From positions 4,752 to 68,751 of the forward strand of contig JALFGN010000123.1 in NCBI GenBank assembly GCA_022777285.1: 64,000 nt of DNA, given 5' to 3'. Within the stretch, counting starts at the first letter, position 1. Each line of letters begins with the position of its first letter. Made by a program: the position numbers and the translations under genes. The notes below the pieces were generated by a model. It was not told where the DNA came from. It was given only the letters and a program-made list of their open reading frames with translations, and made no database searches. Of this stretch, positions 19,314-29,732 are shown in pieces. The stretch comes from Blautia sp. Lineage in GTDB: Bacteria > Bacillota > Clostridia > Lachnospirales > Lachnospiraceae.

Positions 19314-20453
19314 ATGAAGAAAGATCTGGGGTTGTATCTTCACATCCCTTTTTGTGTGAAAAAATGCGGATATTGTGATTTCCTTTCGCGCAGAGGAGAA
19401 GAAGAAGAGAAAGAAATCTATGTACAAGCTCTGATTCGGGAAATAAAAAGCTATAAAGAATTTGGAAATTCTTATAAAGTCTCCACCGTTTTTCTGGGAG
19501 GAGGAACCCCTTCCTGCATGGAACCGGGACAGATCAGCAGAATGTTTGATGCGGTACAGGAAACCTTTCATCTGGAAAAAAAACCGGAGATTTCTATGGA
19601 AGTCAATCCGGGAACGGTGACACAAGAGAAGCTTCAGGAATACAGAGAAGCAGGTGTGAACCGGCTGAGTATAGGACTGCAGTCTTCTGATGATGAAAAT
19701 CTGAAACTGCTTGGAAGAATCCACACCTGGGAAGCATTTCTGGAATCTTATGAAATGGTGAGAAAGGCCGGATTTGATAATGTAAATGTGGATCTGATTT
19801 CTTCGCTTCCTGGTCAGACCAGAGATAAATGGGAAAGAGATCTGAGAAAAACAGCAGAACTGGATACGGAACATTTATCCGTCTATCAGTTGATTCTGGA
19901 AGAAGGGACTCCTTTTTATGAGAAATATGGGGAGCACCCGGAGCTTTTGCCGGATGAAGAAGAGAGCAGAAAGATTTACGAGATGACAGAAGAGATTCTG
20001 GCACAGTATGGACTTTTTCCATATGAGATCTCTAACTATGCAAAAGAGGGAAAAGCCTGCAGACATAATCTTCGCTATTGGGAGCGGGGGGATTATCTGG
20101 GACTTGGTCTTGGAGCAGCATCACTCGTACGGAATATCCGTATGAATAATACCAGTGATATGAAAACTTATCTGGAAAAATCCGGAACACCAAAAACCAT
20201 GCGTACAGATGTACAGTTTCTGGAAGAACCGCAGCAGATGGAAGAATTTATGTTTTTGGGTCTGAGAAAGACAAATGGAATTTCTAAAAAAGAATTCTAT
20301 CGGACATTTGGCAGGGACATTGATCTGGTATATGAAAAAACATTAGAGAAATTTTGCAAACAGGGACTTCTTGTGGAGAAAAAAGACCGAATTTTCCTTT
20401 CAAAAGAGGGAATCCTGGTCAGCAATCAGATTTTATCGGAATTTCTGTTCTGA
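19314..20453 (+). CDS. hemW: Radical SAM heme chaperone HemW (coproporphyrinogen III oxidase-like)
   Basis: YLHIPFCVKKCGYCDF radical-SAM cluster motif and an HemN_C-like C-terminus. It follows lepA as in many Firmicutes. Confidence 0.85.
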   Translation: MKKDLGLYLHIPFCVKKCGYCDFLSRRGEEEEKEIYVQALIREIKSYKEFGNSYKVSTVFLGGGTPSCMEPGQISRMFDAVQETFHLEKKPEISMEVNPGTVTQEKLQEYREAGVNRLSIGLQSSDDENLKLLGRIHTWEAFLESYEMVRKAGFDNVNVDLISSLPGQTRDKWERDLRKTAELDTEHLSVYQLILEEGTPFYEKYGEHPELLPDEEESRKIYEMTEEILAQYGLFPYEISNYAKEGKACRHNLRYWERGDYLGLGLGAASLVRNIRMNNTSDMKTYLEKSGTPKTMRTDVQFLEEPQQMEEFMFLGLRKTNGISKKEFYRTFGRDIDLVYEKTLEKFCKQGLLVEKKDRIFLSKEGILVSNQILSEFLF

Positions 20454-20565
20454 AAATCATATTATAGAAATTTAATAAAAGTTTACAGTTTCATTCTGGA
20501 AAAATCCCCTGGAATATGGCAAAATGGGAAAGGCAAAAGAGCACAGAAAGAATTGGGAGGTTGTT

Positions 20566-20988
20566 ATGAACATTTTGTTTTTTCTCACTCCGAAAAGTGA
20601 TGTGGCATATATTTACGACTCTTATAGCCTGAGACAGGTACTGGAGAAGATGGAATATCATAAATATTCCTGCATTCCTGTAATCAGCGAAAATGGTAAA
20701 TATGTGGGAACCATTACGGAGGGCGATCTGCTCTGGGGATTGAAGAATCGGGACAGTCTGGATCTGAAAGCAGCGGAAGAGATTCCGATTCTGGCTTTTC
20801 AGAGGAGAATGGATTACGCGCCGATACGGGTCGATTCAAATATGGAAGATCTTCTGGAAAAAGCCATGCGTCAGAATTTTGTTCCGGTGGTAGATGATCA
20901 GAAAAACTTTATCGGTATTATTACAAGAAGAGATATTATGCAGTATATCTGTTCCGCTCATCAGAAAAAAGAGAAAGAACGGAACTGA
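20566..20988 (+). CDS. Stand-alone CBS-pair domain protein
   Basis: About 140 aa with two CBS motifs (IPVISENGKYVGTITEGDLL and VPVVDDQKNFIGIITRRDIM). A GGGAGG RBS precedes the ATG at 20566. Confidence 0.8.
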   Translation: MNILFFLTPKSDVAYIYDSYSLRQVLEKMEYHKYSCIPVISENGKYVGTITEGDLLWGLKNRDSLDLKAAEEIPILAFQRRMDYAPIRVDSNMEDLLEKAMRQNFVPVVDDQKNFIGIITRRDIMQYICSAHQKKEKERN

Positions 20989-21001
20989 GGATAACAGGTA
21001 T

Positions 21002-21058
21002 AAACCGCTGTAGTTTTCAGACATACTTATATATGTCAGAAAACGCAGCGGTTTTATT
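21002..21058 (+). terminator. Long hairpin terminator after the CBS gene
   Basis: A ~22-bp imperfect stem (aaaccgctg..gttttcagacata / tatgtcagaaaac..cagcggttt) followed by a short T-run. Confidence 0.6.
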
Positions 21059-21091
21059 GTTCTGTCTCCTCACCAGCCGGGTGCCCGAACA

Positions 21092-21103
21092 GAACAAATG
21101 TTT
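21092..21103. promoter_or_regulatory. LexA (Cheo/SOS) box candidate GAACAAATGTTT upstream of uvrA
   Basis: GAAC-N4-GTTT has one mismatch to the Firmicute GAAC-N4-GTTC consensus. It overlaps the -35 of the uvrA promoter candidate, and uvrA is a classic SOS gene. Confidence 0.55.
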
Positions 21104-21130
21104 GCAATGAAATGGCCCTTGTGGTACAAT
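21102..21130 (+). promoter_or_regulatory. Promoter candidate for uvrA (TTGCAA-17-TGgTACAAT)
   Basis: Hexamers, 17-nt spacer and the extended -10 TG were read directly. Confidence 0.5.
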
Positions 21131-21173
21131 GAGGGAAACGAGAACAGCATGCAGAAGATAAGGAGAGAGTGTT

Positions 21174-24008
21174 GTGAGCAATCATGAAAATAAATTTATA
21201 AAAATACGGGGAGCAAATGAGAATAATCTGAAAAATCTGAATGTGGATATTCCAAGAAATGAATTTGTAGTATTGACAGGACTCAGTGGTTCCGGTAAGA
21301 GTTCTCTTGCATTTGACACGATTTATGCAGAAGGACAGCGGCGTTATATGGAGTCTCTGTCTTCTTATGCAAGACAGTTCCTGGGACAGATGGAAAAACC
21401 GGATGTGGAGAGTATTGAAGGTTTGTCTCCTGCCATTTCGATTGATCAGAAATCCACAAACAGAAATCCCAGGTCTACAGTGGGAACCGTTACGGAAATT
21501 TATGATTATTTTCGTCTCTTATATGCAAGAGTGGGAATTCCCCATTGTCCCAAATGTGGCAGAGAAATTCGAAAACAGACTGTGGATCAGATGGTGGATC
21601 AGATTATGGGATTGCCGGAGAGAACGAAGATTCAGCTGCTTGCTCCAGTAGTAAGGGGAAGGAAAGGAACCCATGCAAAGCTTTTAGAACAGGCAAGAAA
21701 AAGCGGTTATGTCCGGGTACAGATTGACGGGAATCTTTATGAGCTTAGTGAAGAAATTAAACTGGATAAGAATATGAAACATAATATTGAAATTGTAGTG
21801 GATCGTCTGATCGTAAAAGAAGGAATTGAGAAACGTCTTACAGATTCCATAGAAAGTGTGCTGCATCTGGCAGAAGGACTGATGATTGTAGATACCATGG
21901 ATGGCAATACGATTAACTTCAGTCAGAGCTTTTCCTGCCCGGACTGTGGAATCAGCATTGATGAAATCGAACCAAGAAGTTTTTCTTTTAATAATCCTTT
22001 TGGTGCCTGTCCGGATTGTCTGGGACTGGGATATAAAATGGAGTTTGACATTGACTTGATGATACCGGATCAGAGTCTGAGTATTACACAGGGTGCCATT
22101 GCAGTCATGGGATGGCAGTCCTGTACAGACAAGGGCAGTTTTACAAGAGCAATCCTGGATGCGCTTGCAAAGGAGTATGGATTTGACCTGAATACACCGT
22201 TTGAAGAGTATCCGGAAGCAATTAAGCAAGTGTTGATTCATGGTACGGATGGAAAAGAAGTAAAAGTATATTATAAAGGACAAAGGGGAGAAGGTGTTTA
22301 CGATGTGGCTTTTGAAGGACTCATAAAGAATGTGGAACGTCGTTATCGGGAAACCGGTTCAGAAGCGAGCAGACAGGAATATGAAACGTTTATGAGAATT
22401 ACACCTTGTAAAACCTGTAAAGGACAGAGACTGAAAAAAGAATCTCTGGCAGTAACAGTAGGAGAAAAAAACATTTATGAAGTGACTTCTATGTCTATTC
22501 GTAAGCTGCAGAAATTTCTTGAAGACTTACGGCTGACACCAACACAGCAAATGATCGGTCAGCAGGTTTTGAAAGAAATTCGTGCCCGTGTGGGATTTCT
22601 GGTGAGTGTAGGGCTGGAATACCTGACTTTGTCAAGAGGAACTGCTACGCTGTCCGGAGGAGAGGCACAGAGGATTCGTCTTGCCACACAAATCGGTTCC
22701 GGTCTGGTAGGGGTAGCCTATATTCTGGATGAGCCAAGCATTGGGCTGCATCAGAGAGATAATGACAAACTGCTGGCTGCCCTCAAGCATTTGAGAGATC
22801 TTGGAAATACACTGCTTGTAGTGGAACATGATGAGGATACGATGCGCGAAGCAGACTGTATTGTGGATATTGGACCCGGTGCGGGGGAACATGGTGGACA
22901 ACTGGTAGCCATTGGTACTGCAGAAGAAATTATGAAATGCAAAGAGTCCATTACAGGAAAATATCTCAGTGGAGAATGGAAGATTCCGGTACCTGAAAAG
23001 AGAAAGCAACCTTCCGGATTTCTCACTGTAAAAGGTGCAGCAGAGAATAATCTGAAAAATATTGATGTAAAAATTCCACTGGGAGTTATGACTTGTGTTA
23101 CGGGAGTGTCCGGATCAGGAAAAAGTTCTCTTGTAAATGAGATTCTCTACAAGAGCCTGGCAAGAAAGCTGAATCACGCCAGAATCATACCAGGCAGACA
23201 TAAGACGATTGAAGGAGTGGAGCAGCTGGACAAGGTAATTGCAATCGACCAGTCTCCGATCGGACGGACACCGCGTTCCAATCCGGCCACTTACACCGGT
23301 GTGTTTGATCAGATCCGTGATCTGTTTGCAGCAACTGCAGATGCAAAAGCCAGAGGATATAAAAAGGGCAGATTCAGTTTTAACGTAAAAGGCGGAAGAT
23401 GTGAAGCATGTAGTGGAGATGGAATCCTGAAAATAGAAATGCATTTTCTGCCGGATGTATACGTACCCTGTGAAGTGTGTCAGGGAAAACGGTATAATCG
23501 GGAAACGCTGGAAGTGAAATACAAAGGGAAAAGCATTTATGATGTACTGAATATGACTGTGGAAGAAGCATTAAAATTTTTTGAACCGGTGCCGTCAATC
23601 AAAAGAAAAATACAAACACTTTACGATGTTGGGCTTTCTTATATCAGACTTGGACAGCCGTCTACGGAACTGTCCGGAGGAGAAGCCCAGAGAATTAAAC
23701 TGGCAACAGAATTGAGTAAGCGGAGCACCGGAAAGACCATTTATATTCTGGATGAGCCGACTACCGGTCTTCATTTTGCAGATGTGCATAAATTAATCGA
23801 AATTCTGCAAAGATTGTCAGAAGGGGGAAATACCGTTGTAGTTATTGAACACAATCTGGATGTGATTAAAACAGCAGATTATATTATTGATATCGGTCCG
23901 GAAGGAGGGGATCAGGGCGGTACAGTCATTGCCTGTGGTACGCCGGAGGAAGTAGCAGAAAATCCAGATTCCTATACAGGTCGGTATGTGTCAAAATATT
24001 TGAAGTGA
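21174..24008 (+). CDS. uvrA: Excinuclease ABC subunit A
   Basis: 944 aa. Two ABC modules ([10 protein letters not shown] and [10 protein letters not shown]), zinc-finger Cys motifs, and LSGGEAQRI twice. Confidence 0.97.
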   Translation: MSNHENKFIKIRGANENNLKNLNVDIPRNEFVVLTGLSGSGKSSLAFDTIYAEGQRRYMESLSSYARQFLGQMEKPDVESIEGLSPAISIDQKSTNRNPRSTVGTVTEIYDYFRLLYARVGIPHCPKCGREIRKQTVDQMVDQIMGLPERTKIQLLAPVVRGRKGTHAKLLEQARKSGYVRVQIDGNLYELSEEIKLDKNMKHNIEIVVDRLIVKEGIEKRLTDSIESVLHLAEGLMIVDTMDGNTINFSQSFSCPDCGISIDEIEPRSFSFNNPFGACPDCLGLGYKMEFDIDLMIPDQSLSITQGAIAVMGWQSCTDKGSFTRAILDALAKEYGFDLNTPFEEYPEAIKQVLIHGTDGKEVKVYYKGQRGEGVYDVAFEGLIKNVERRYRETGSEASRQEYETFMRITPCKTCKGQRLKKESLAVTVGEKNIYEVTSMSIRKLQKFLEDLRLTPTQQMIGQQVLKEIRARVGFLVSVGLEYLTLSRGTATLSGGEAQRIRLATQIGSGLVGVAYILDEPSIGLHQRDNDKLLAALKHLRDLGNTLLVVEHDEDTMREADCIVDIGPGAGEHGGQLVAIGTAEEIMKCKESITGKYLSGEWKIPVPEKRKQPSGFLTVKGAAENNLKNIDVKIPLGVMTCVTGVSGSGKSSLVNEILYKSLARKLNHARIIPGRHKTIEGVEQLDKVIAIDQSPIGRTPRSNPATYTGVFDQIRDLFAATADAKARGYKKGRFSFNVKGGRCEACSGDGILKIEMHFLPDVYVPCEVCQGKRYNRETLEVKYKGKSIYDVLNMTVEEALKFFEPVPSIKRKIQTLYDVGLSYIRLGQPSTELSGGEAQRIKLATELSKRSTGKTIYILDEPTTGLHFADVHKLIEILQRLSEGGNTVVVIEHNLDVIKTADYIIDIGPEGGDQGGTVIACGTPEEVAENPDSYTGRYVSKYLK

Positions 24009-24098
24009 TTGCCCCTTTTCAATTACTGGTAAGTTGGTTATAATATTCCAAAGGTGCGGTGTCTGGTGCTGCACGGAAAAGAAAGGGGTTAAGTTGAT

Positions 24099-25091
24099 AT
24101 GGGAGCCACTGATATTGGAATTGACCTTGGTACAGCCAGCATTCTGGTGTATGTGAAGGGAAAAGGAATTGTACTCAAAGAACCATCCGTAGTCGCTTAC
24201 GATAAGGATACAAATAAAATAAGAGCAGTCGGAGAAGAAGCAAAACAGATGATCGGAAGAACACCCGGAAATATTGTTGCAGTCCGGCCTATGCGTCAGG
24301 GCGTGATTTCTGATTATGAAGTAACAGAAAAAATGCTGAAATACTTTATATCAAAAACACTGGGAAAACGGGCATTCCGTAAGCCGCGTGTCAGTATCTG
24401 TGTTCCAAGCGGGATCACAGAAGTGGAAAAGAAAGCAGTAGAAGAAGCAACTTATCAGGCGGGAGCCAGAGAGGTATGGATGGTGGAAGAACCCATTGCT
24501 GCGGCAATCGGAGCCGGAATTGATATTACCAGACCTTTTGGAAATATGATTGTGGATATCGGCGGAGGAACGACAGATGTAGCAGTGATCTCCCTCGGGG
24601 GAACCGTAGTGTCCGCTTCCATAAAAGTAGCCGGAGATAATTTTGATGAAGCGATTGTACGGTATGTTCGTAAAAAATACAATCTGATCATAGGAGAGAG
24701 AAGTGCAGAGGAAATAAAAATGCGCATCGGTACGGTTTATCCGGAATCACAACTCAGAACGATGGAAATCAAAGGAAGGGATATGGTTGCCGGACTTCCC
24801 AAAAGTGTTTCAGTGACTTCGGAAGAAGTAAGAGAAGCGATTCATGAACCGGTGAGCCAGATTCTGGAACTGATTCACAGTATTCTTGAGAAAACGCCTC
24901 CGGAACTGGCAGCAGATGTGGCAGAAAGAGGAATTGTGCTTACCGGCGGAAGTGCGCTTCTGGTAGGACTGGATCTGTTGATTGAAGAAGAAACAGGAAT
25001 CAATACCATAGTTGCAGAGGAGCCAGCTATGACAGTTGCGGCAGGGACCGGAGAATATGTGGAAATCATGAATAAAATCAACGGAAAATAA
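24099..25091 (+). CDS. mreB: Rod shape-determining protein MreB/Mbl
   Basis: DIGIDLGTASILVY, DIGGGTTDVAVISLGG and VLTGGSALL actin-fold motifs. Confidence 0.92.
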   Translation: MGATDIGIDLGTASILVYVKGKGIVLKEPSVVAYDKDTNKIRAVGEEAKQMIGRTPGNIVAVRPMRQGVISDYEVTEKMLKYFISKTLGKRAFRKPRVSICVPSGITEVEKKAVEEATYQAGAREVWMVEEPIAAAIGAGIDITRPFGNMIVDIGGGTTDVAVISLGGTVVSASIKVAGDNFDEAIVRYVRKKYNLIIGERSAEEIKMRIGTVYPESQLRTMEIKGRDMVAGLPKSVSVTSEEVREAIHEPVSQILELIHSILEKTPPELAADVAERGIVLTGGSALLVGLDLLIEEETGINTIVAEEPAMTVAAGTGEYVEIMNKINGK

Positions 25092-25103
25092 AGAGGACAA
25101 GTT

Positions 25104-27335
25104 ATGGAAGAAACCATAGAAGGATACGTAGGTCATATTATTTTCAGAAATGAAGAGAATGGATATACGGTTATGGTGGTAGTTGCAGAAGAGGAAGAAA
25201 TTACCTGTGTAGGATCTTTCCAGTATCTCAATGAAGGAGAGAGCATCAAAGCATTTGGCCGTTATACAGAGCATCCGGCATATGGCAGACAATTTGCCAT
25301 CCGCGCTTATGAGACAAGCATTCCACAGGATTCCCTCGCTATCGAACGTTATCTTGGTTCAGGTGCAATCAAGGGAATCGGTGCTGCACTTGCTGCAAGG
25401 ATTGTCCGACGGTTCAAAGAGGATACCCTGCGTGTTGTGGAAGAGGAACCGGAACGTCTTGCAGAAGTGAAAGGAATCAGTGAGCGCAAGGCAAGAGAAA
25501 TCGCCAGTCAGGTGGCAGAAAAAGCAGATGTGCGTAAGGCCATGATGTTTTTGCAGCAATATGGCATTTCTCTTACTTTAGGGGCAAAAATCTATAAGCG
25601 TTATGGACAGGATATGTATGGGATTTTAAAAGAGAATCCTTATCGCATGGCAGAAGACATAGAGGGAATCGGATTTAAAATTGCAGATGAAATTGCAGCC
25701 AGAATCGGAATCCATACAGATTCGGATTATCGGATCAGAAGCGGACTGCTTTACATACTTGTTCAGGCTTCAGCAGAAGGACATGTCTTTCTTCCTGAAA
25801 AAATTCTTCTGGAACGTGCTTCCAAACTGCTTGGCGTAGAGCAGGATTCGATGAAAAAACATATTATGGATCTTGCTATAGACAGAAAAGTGGTGGTAAA
25901 AGAAGTTGATTTTCGAAATGTGCAGATTCCGGAGAGGGTCGTATATGCCAGCCAGTATTATCAGATTGAACTGCATGTGGCGCAGATGTTGAAAGCACTG
26001 GATCTGAAAGAGGAAATCGATGAGAAGCGCATGAGACTTCAGATGGAACGACTGGAGAAAGCGCATGAGATTGCATTGGATGAGAAACAACGGCGGGCGG
26101 TGGAAGAGGCTGCAAGAAACGGGCTTCTTGTGATTACCGGGGGACCGGGGACAGGAAAAACGACAACTATTAATGCGATTATCCAATACTTTGAATTGGA
26201 AGAATTGGATATTTTGCTGGCAGCACCTACAGGAAGAGCAGCAAAGCGGATGACAGAAACCACAGGTTATGACGCAAAGACCATTCACCGCTTGCTGGAA
26301 TTGTCAGGAATACCAGATGAAAGCTCTGCCGGAATTCATTTTGAGAGAAACTCCGGAAATCCGCTGGAAGCGGATGTGATTATCATAGATGAGATGTCTA
26401 TGGTCGATCTTTTTCTTATGCATGCACTTTTGTCAGCAGTTACACCGGGAACCCGACTGATTCTGGTAGGAGATGTGAATCAGCTGCCCAGTGTAGGTCC
26501 AGGAAGTGTTTTAAAGGATATGATTCGTTCCAGGCAGTTTTCTGTAGTAGAACTGATTAAAATTTTTCGTCAGGCATCGCAGAGTGATATTGTAGTGAAT
26601 GCACATAAGATTAATCGGGGAATTCCTGTAATCCTGGATAATAAAAGTATGGATTTCTTTTTCCTGAAAAGATACGATGCAAATGTGATCATCAGTGTAG
26701 TGATTACGCTGATTCAGAAGAAGCTGCCTAAATTTGTAAATGCGTCGCCTTATGACATACAGGTTCTTACTCCTATGCGTAAGGGACTTTTAGGTGTAGA
26801 AAGACTGAATGGAATTTTACAGCAGTATCTGAATCCCCCCTCCCAGGATAAGAAAGAAAAAGAACATGGGAATGGCCTGTTCCGTGAGGGAGATAAGGTC
26901 ATGCAGATTAAAAATAATTATCAGACAGAGTGGGAGATTCGTGGAAAATACGGGATTCCGGTAGAAAAAGGCGTAGGGGTCTTTAATGGTGATACAGGGA
27001 TTCTGCGGGAAATTAATACCTTTGCAGAGACGCTGACTGTAGAATTTGAAGAAAACCGGTTTGTGGAATATTCATTCCGACAACTGGATGAACTGGAATT
27101 GGCCTATGCTATTACGATACATAAGGCACAGGGAAGTGAATATCCTGCTGTAGTGATTCCGATTCTGAATGGACCCAGAATGCTTATGAACAGGAATCTT
27201 TTATATACAGCTGTGACCCGTGCCCGAAAATGTGTTACCCTGGTAGGAGATGAAAATACATTTTGGGAAATGGAAAAAAATCAGATGGAGCAAAGTCGTT
27301 ACACAACACTGGATTTGTGGCTGCAGGAAGACTGA
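25104..27335 (+). CDS. recD2: ATP-dependent RecD-like DNA helicase (RecD2)
   Basis: 743 aa. Walker A ITGGPGTGKTT, IIIDEMSMVD, GDVNQLPSVGPG, and C-terminal ITIHKAQGSE and LLYTAVTRARK. Confidence 0.9.
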   Translation: MEETIEGYVGHIIFRNEENGYTVMVVVAEEEEITCVGSFQYLNEGESIKAFGRYTEHPAYGRQFAIRAYETSIPQDSLAIERYLGSGAIKGIGAALAARIVRRFKEDTLRVVEEEPERLAEVKGISERKAREIASQVAEKADVRKAMMFLQQYGISLTLGAKIYKRYGQDMYGILKENPYRMAEDIEGIGFKIADEIAARIGIHTDSDYRIRSGLLYILVQASAEGHVFLPEKILLERASKLLGVEQDSMKKHIMDLAIDRKVVVKEVDFRNVQIPERVVYASQYYQIELHVAQMLKALDLKEEIDEKRMRLQMERLEKAHEIALDEKQRRAVEEAARNGLLVITGGPGTGKTTTINAIIQYFELEELDILLAAPTGRAAKRMTETTGYDAKTIHRLLELSGIPDESSAGIHFERNSGNPLEADVIIIDEMSMVDLFLMHALLSAVTPGTRLILVGDVNQLPSVGPGSVLKDMIRSRQFSVVELIKIFRQASQSDIVVNAHKINRGIPVILDNKSMDFFFLKRYDANVIISVVITLIQKKLPKFVNASPYDIQVLTPMRKGLLGVERLNGILQQYLNPPSQDKKEKEHGNGLFREGDKVMQIKNNYQTEWEIRGKYGIPVEKGVGVFNGDTGILREINTFAETLTVEFEENRFVEYSFRQLDELELAYAITIHKAQGSEYPAVVIPILNGPRMLMNRNLLYTAVTRARKCVTLVGDENTFWEMEKNQMEQSRYTTLDLWLQED

Positions 27336-28045
27336 TTGGGAATTTCTGTCTGGATCTGCTTTATCCAAGACGGTGTCCTGTTTGCGATGAAATTGTAGTA
27401 CCGACAGGAAAAATAATATGTAAAAAATGTCTGGACAGGCTTGTGCCTGTCCAGGGACCTCGTTGTTTTCGCTGTTCCAAACCACTTATGAAAGCAGAAG
27501 ATGAATTCTGTTATGATTGCGGGGGAAAACCCCATTCTTACAACCGTGGGATTGCTGTTTTTTCTTACGGTTCTGTTCTGGCAAAATCCCTTTATCAATT
27601 AAAATATCACAACAGAAAAGAATACGGTGTTTTTTATGGAAAATATGCTGCGAGGTATGCAGAAAAACAGATTCGGAAATGGGGAATCGAAGCATTGATT
27701 CCGGTGCCTATCCATCCGAAACGTCTGGCAAAAAGAGGATATAATCAGGCACAGGTCATAGCACAGGAGATGGGGAAATGCTTATGTCTTCCAGTGGAAA
27801 CAGGAGCAGTGAAGAGAATTCACAATACAAAACCTCAGAAAGAATTGGGAGCATCGGAACGGAGAAAAAATCTGGAAAAAGCTTTTGTACCTGGTAAGAA
27901 AAAAATGGTATGGAAACGCGTGTTAGTAGTAGATGATATTTATACAACAGGAAGTACCATAGATGCAGTCAGTAAGGTATTGAAAAAAAGTGGTGTAGAG
28001 GAAGTTTATTTTCTTACCATTGCAATTGGAAACGGACAAAATTAA
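27317..28045 (+). CDS. comFC: ComF family protein (ComFC, phosphoribosyltransferase-like)
   Basis: Zinc-finger CPVC...CKKC, CFRC...CYDC, and a PRTase motif VLVVDDIYTTGSTI. The start is uncertain: TTG 27263 or GTG 27317. It overlaps the recD2 end. Confidence 0.8.
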   Translation: MAAGRLIGNFCLDLLYPRRCPVCDEIVVPTGKIICKKCLDRLVPVQGPRCFRCSKPLMKAEDEFCYDCGGKPHSYNRGIAVFSYGSVLAKSLYQLKYHNRKEYGVFYGKYAARYAEKQIRKWGIEALIPVPIHPKRLAKRGYNQAQVIAQEMGKCLCLPVETGAVKRIHNTKPQKELGASERRKNLEKAFVPGKKKMVWKRVLVVDDIYTTGSTIDAVSKVLKKSGVEEVYFLTIAIGNGQN

Positions 28046-28094
28046 ATACAAATGGCACGAGCTTTCTTTTATATGGATTAGGAGCGGGAAAGTC

Positions 28095-28124
28095 TTGCTT
28101 CGCCTGCTTAGGGTATGTTATAAT
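28095..28124 (+). promoter_or_regulatory. Promoter candidate for the membrane-protein/cdaA operon (TTGCTT-18-TGtTATAAT)
   Basis: Consensus extended -10, located 48 nt upstream of the 28172 CDS. Confidence 0.5.
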
Positions 28125-28171
28125 ATTTATCGTATGATTAGAGCTATATCAGGGAAACAGAAGGTGAATGT

Positions 28172-28603
28172 ATGTTAAATGAAGAAAAAATAAAAAAAAT
28201 GAGAAAGCTGGCTGCTTATGAATCGGGAGCAGGGAAAGAGGATCTTAGTATCAGTAATTATTACAGGAGTGATTATATCGGACTTGCCCTGATTAAAAAC
28301 TTTTTTTTCACTACGATTGCGTATGGGCTTCTGGTACTGGTATATTTCGGATGCCAGGGAGAATATTTAATGGATAATATTCATAAAATGAATCTGGTAT
28401 CAGTAGGAGTGAAATTGGTCCTGTTATATGTGATCATGATAATCGTTTACAGTATCTTTACATATATTTACTGTTCAGTGAAATTCAGCCGTGCCCAGAA
28501 AAGGATTGAAACGTATTATCAGGAATTAAGTCAGCTGAAAAAAATGTATGACAAAGAAGAAAAACGGATGGACAGATTGACCAGAAGGAGGAAGGATGCA
28601 TGA
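28172..28603 (+). CDS. Hypothetical membrane protein (2 TM helices, basic coiled C-terminal tail)
   Basis: 143 aa with two clear hydrophobic helices. I recognised no family. The stop overlaps the next start (ATGA). Confidence 0.55.
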   Translation: MLNEEKIKKMRKLAAYESGAGKEDLSISNYYRSDYIGLALIKNFFFTTIAYGLLVLVYFGCQGEYLMDNIHKMNLVSVGVKLVLLYVIMIIVYSIFTYIYCSVKFSRAQKRIETYYQELSQLKKMYDKEEKRMDRLTRRRKDA

Positions 28604-29694
28604 CTGCATTATTATTATGGAAACAGAAAATAAAAGAATTTTACGGAGAATATGATACATGGATTCTTCCGGTGTTAAAATTCTTTCTCTCCCTGCTCTT
28701 GTTTACAGAAATAAACAAAACAATGGGATTCATGGACAGACTGAACAATACTTTTGTTGTTCTCGTACTTTCCCTTTTGTGTTCCGTACTTCCGGTAAAT
28801 ACAATGACAGTCATCGGATGTCTGTTGATTTTGGGACATTGTTACGCAGTAGGAATTGAAACAGCAGGATTTGCGTTTGTACTGCTTCTATTGCTTGTAA
28901 TATTATTTCTTCGGTTTACATCAAGAGATAATGTGGCACTGGTAATGACACCTCTGGCGTTTACATTGAAATTGCCGGCAGTCGTTCCGATCAGCTGTGG
29001 ATTACTGAGAGGACCGGCCTGTGCGGTACCTGCCGGCTGCGGTGTTGTTCTGTATACGTTTATGAAGCTGGTAAAAGAGCGTGCAGCTGTGCTTCAGGGA
29101 ACAGAGACAGAAGCTTTGCAAAAGCTGCAGATTTTGCTGGATGGTATGATTAAAAACCAGGAAATGTGGCTGACAATTATTGTTTTTGCCGCGGTTATCA
29201 TTGTAGTGCACCTGATTCGCAGTTCCTCATTTGATTATTCCTGGAGAATTGGTATTGTTACTGGTGCAGTGGTGTATGTGGTACTGATGGTTTTCGGAAG
29301 TATGTTTATGAGTATCAGTATGGAACTGAATGCAATTATCATATCCGGAATTCTTTCTGTTTTAATTGGACTGGTGATTGAATTTTTTGTTCTTGGAGTC
29401 GATTATTCCAGAAGTGAAGTGACTCAGTTTGAAGATGATGAATATGTTTATTACGTAAAAGCTGTACCAAAATCAATGGTTTCAGAGACAAAGAAAAGTG
29501 TAAAGAAATTTTCTCCGACTACTGAGCATAAGAAAGAAGTGCAGGAGATAAACGAGATGCCAAAGACAGTAGATTTGTCCGAAGCCGGGCAGATGGAAGA
29601 ACTTGATATTTCAGATGTGGCACCGGTAGAGCATGTTTCAGAAGAAGATTTTGATTTTGAGAAAAAGCTGGAAGAATCGTTGAAAAATCTGTAA
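28600..29694 (+). CDS. Hypothetical polytopic membrane protein with an acidic C-terminal tail
   Basis: 364 aa with about 7-8 TM segments and a C-terminal tail rich in E/D. I recognised no family. No terminator precedes cdaA. Confidence 0.55.
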   Translation: MTALLLWKQKIKEFYGEYDTWILPVLKFFLSLLLFTEINKTMGFMDRLNNTFVVLVLSLLCSVLPVNTMTVIGCLLILGHCYAVGIETAGFAFVLLLLLVILFLRFTSRDNVALVMTPLAFTLKLPAVVPISCGLLRGPACAVPAGCGVVLYTFMKLVKERAAVLQGTETEALQKLQILLDGMIKNQEMWLTIIVFAAVIIVVHLIRSSSFDYSWRIGIVTGAVVYVVLMVFGSMFMSISMELNAIIISGILSVLIGLVIEFFVLGVDYSRSEVTQFEDDEYVYYVKAVPKSMVSETKKSVKKFSPTTEHKKEVQEINEMPKTVDLSEAGQMEELDISDVAPVEHVSEEDFDFEKKLEESLKNL

Positions 29695-29732
29695 CGATTC
29701 AGAAAAAATAAAATGGATAAAGGGGTGAAAAT

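Noticed and set aside
19149-19874. A 241-aa minus-strand ORF across the lepA/hemW junction.
   Set aside because: It is an antisense shadow of two well-supported plus-strand genes.
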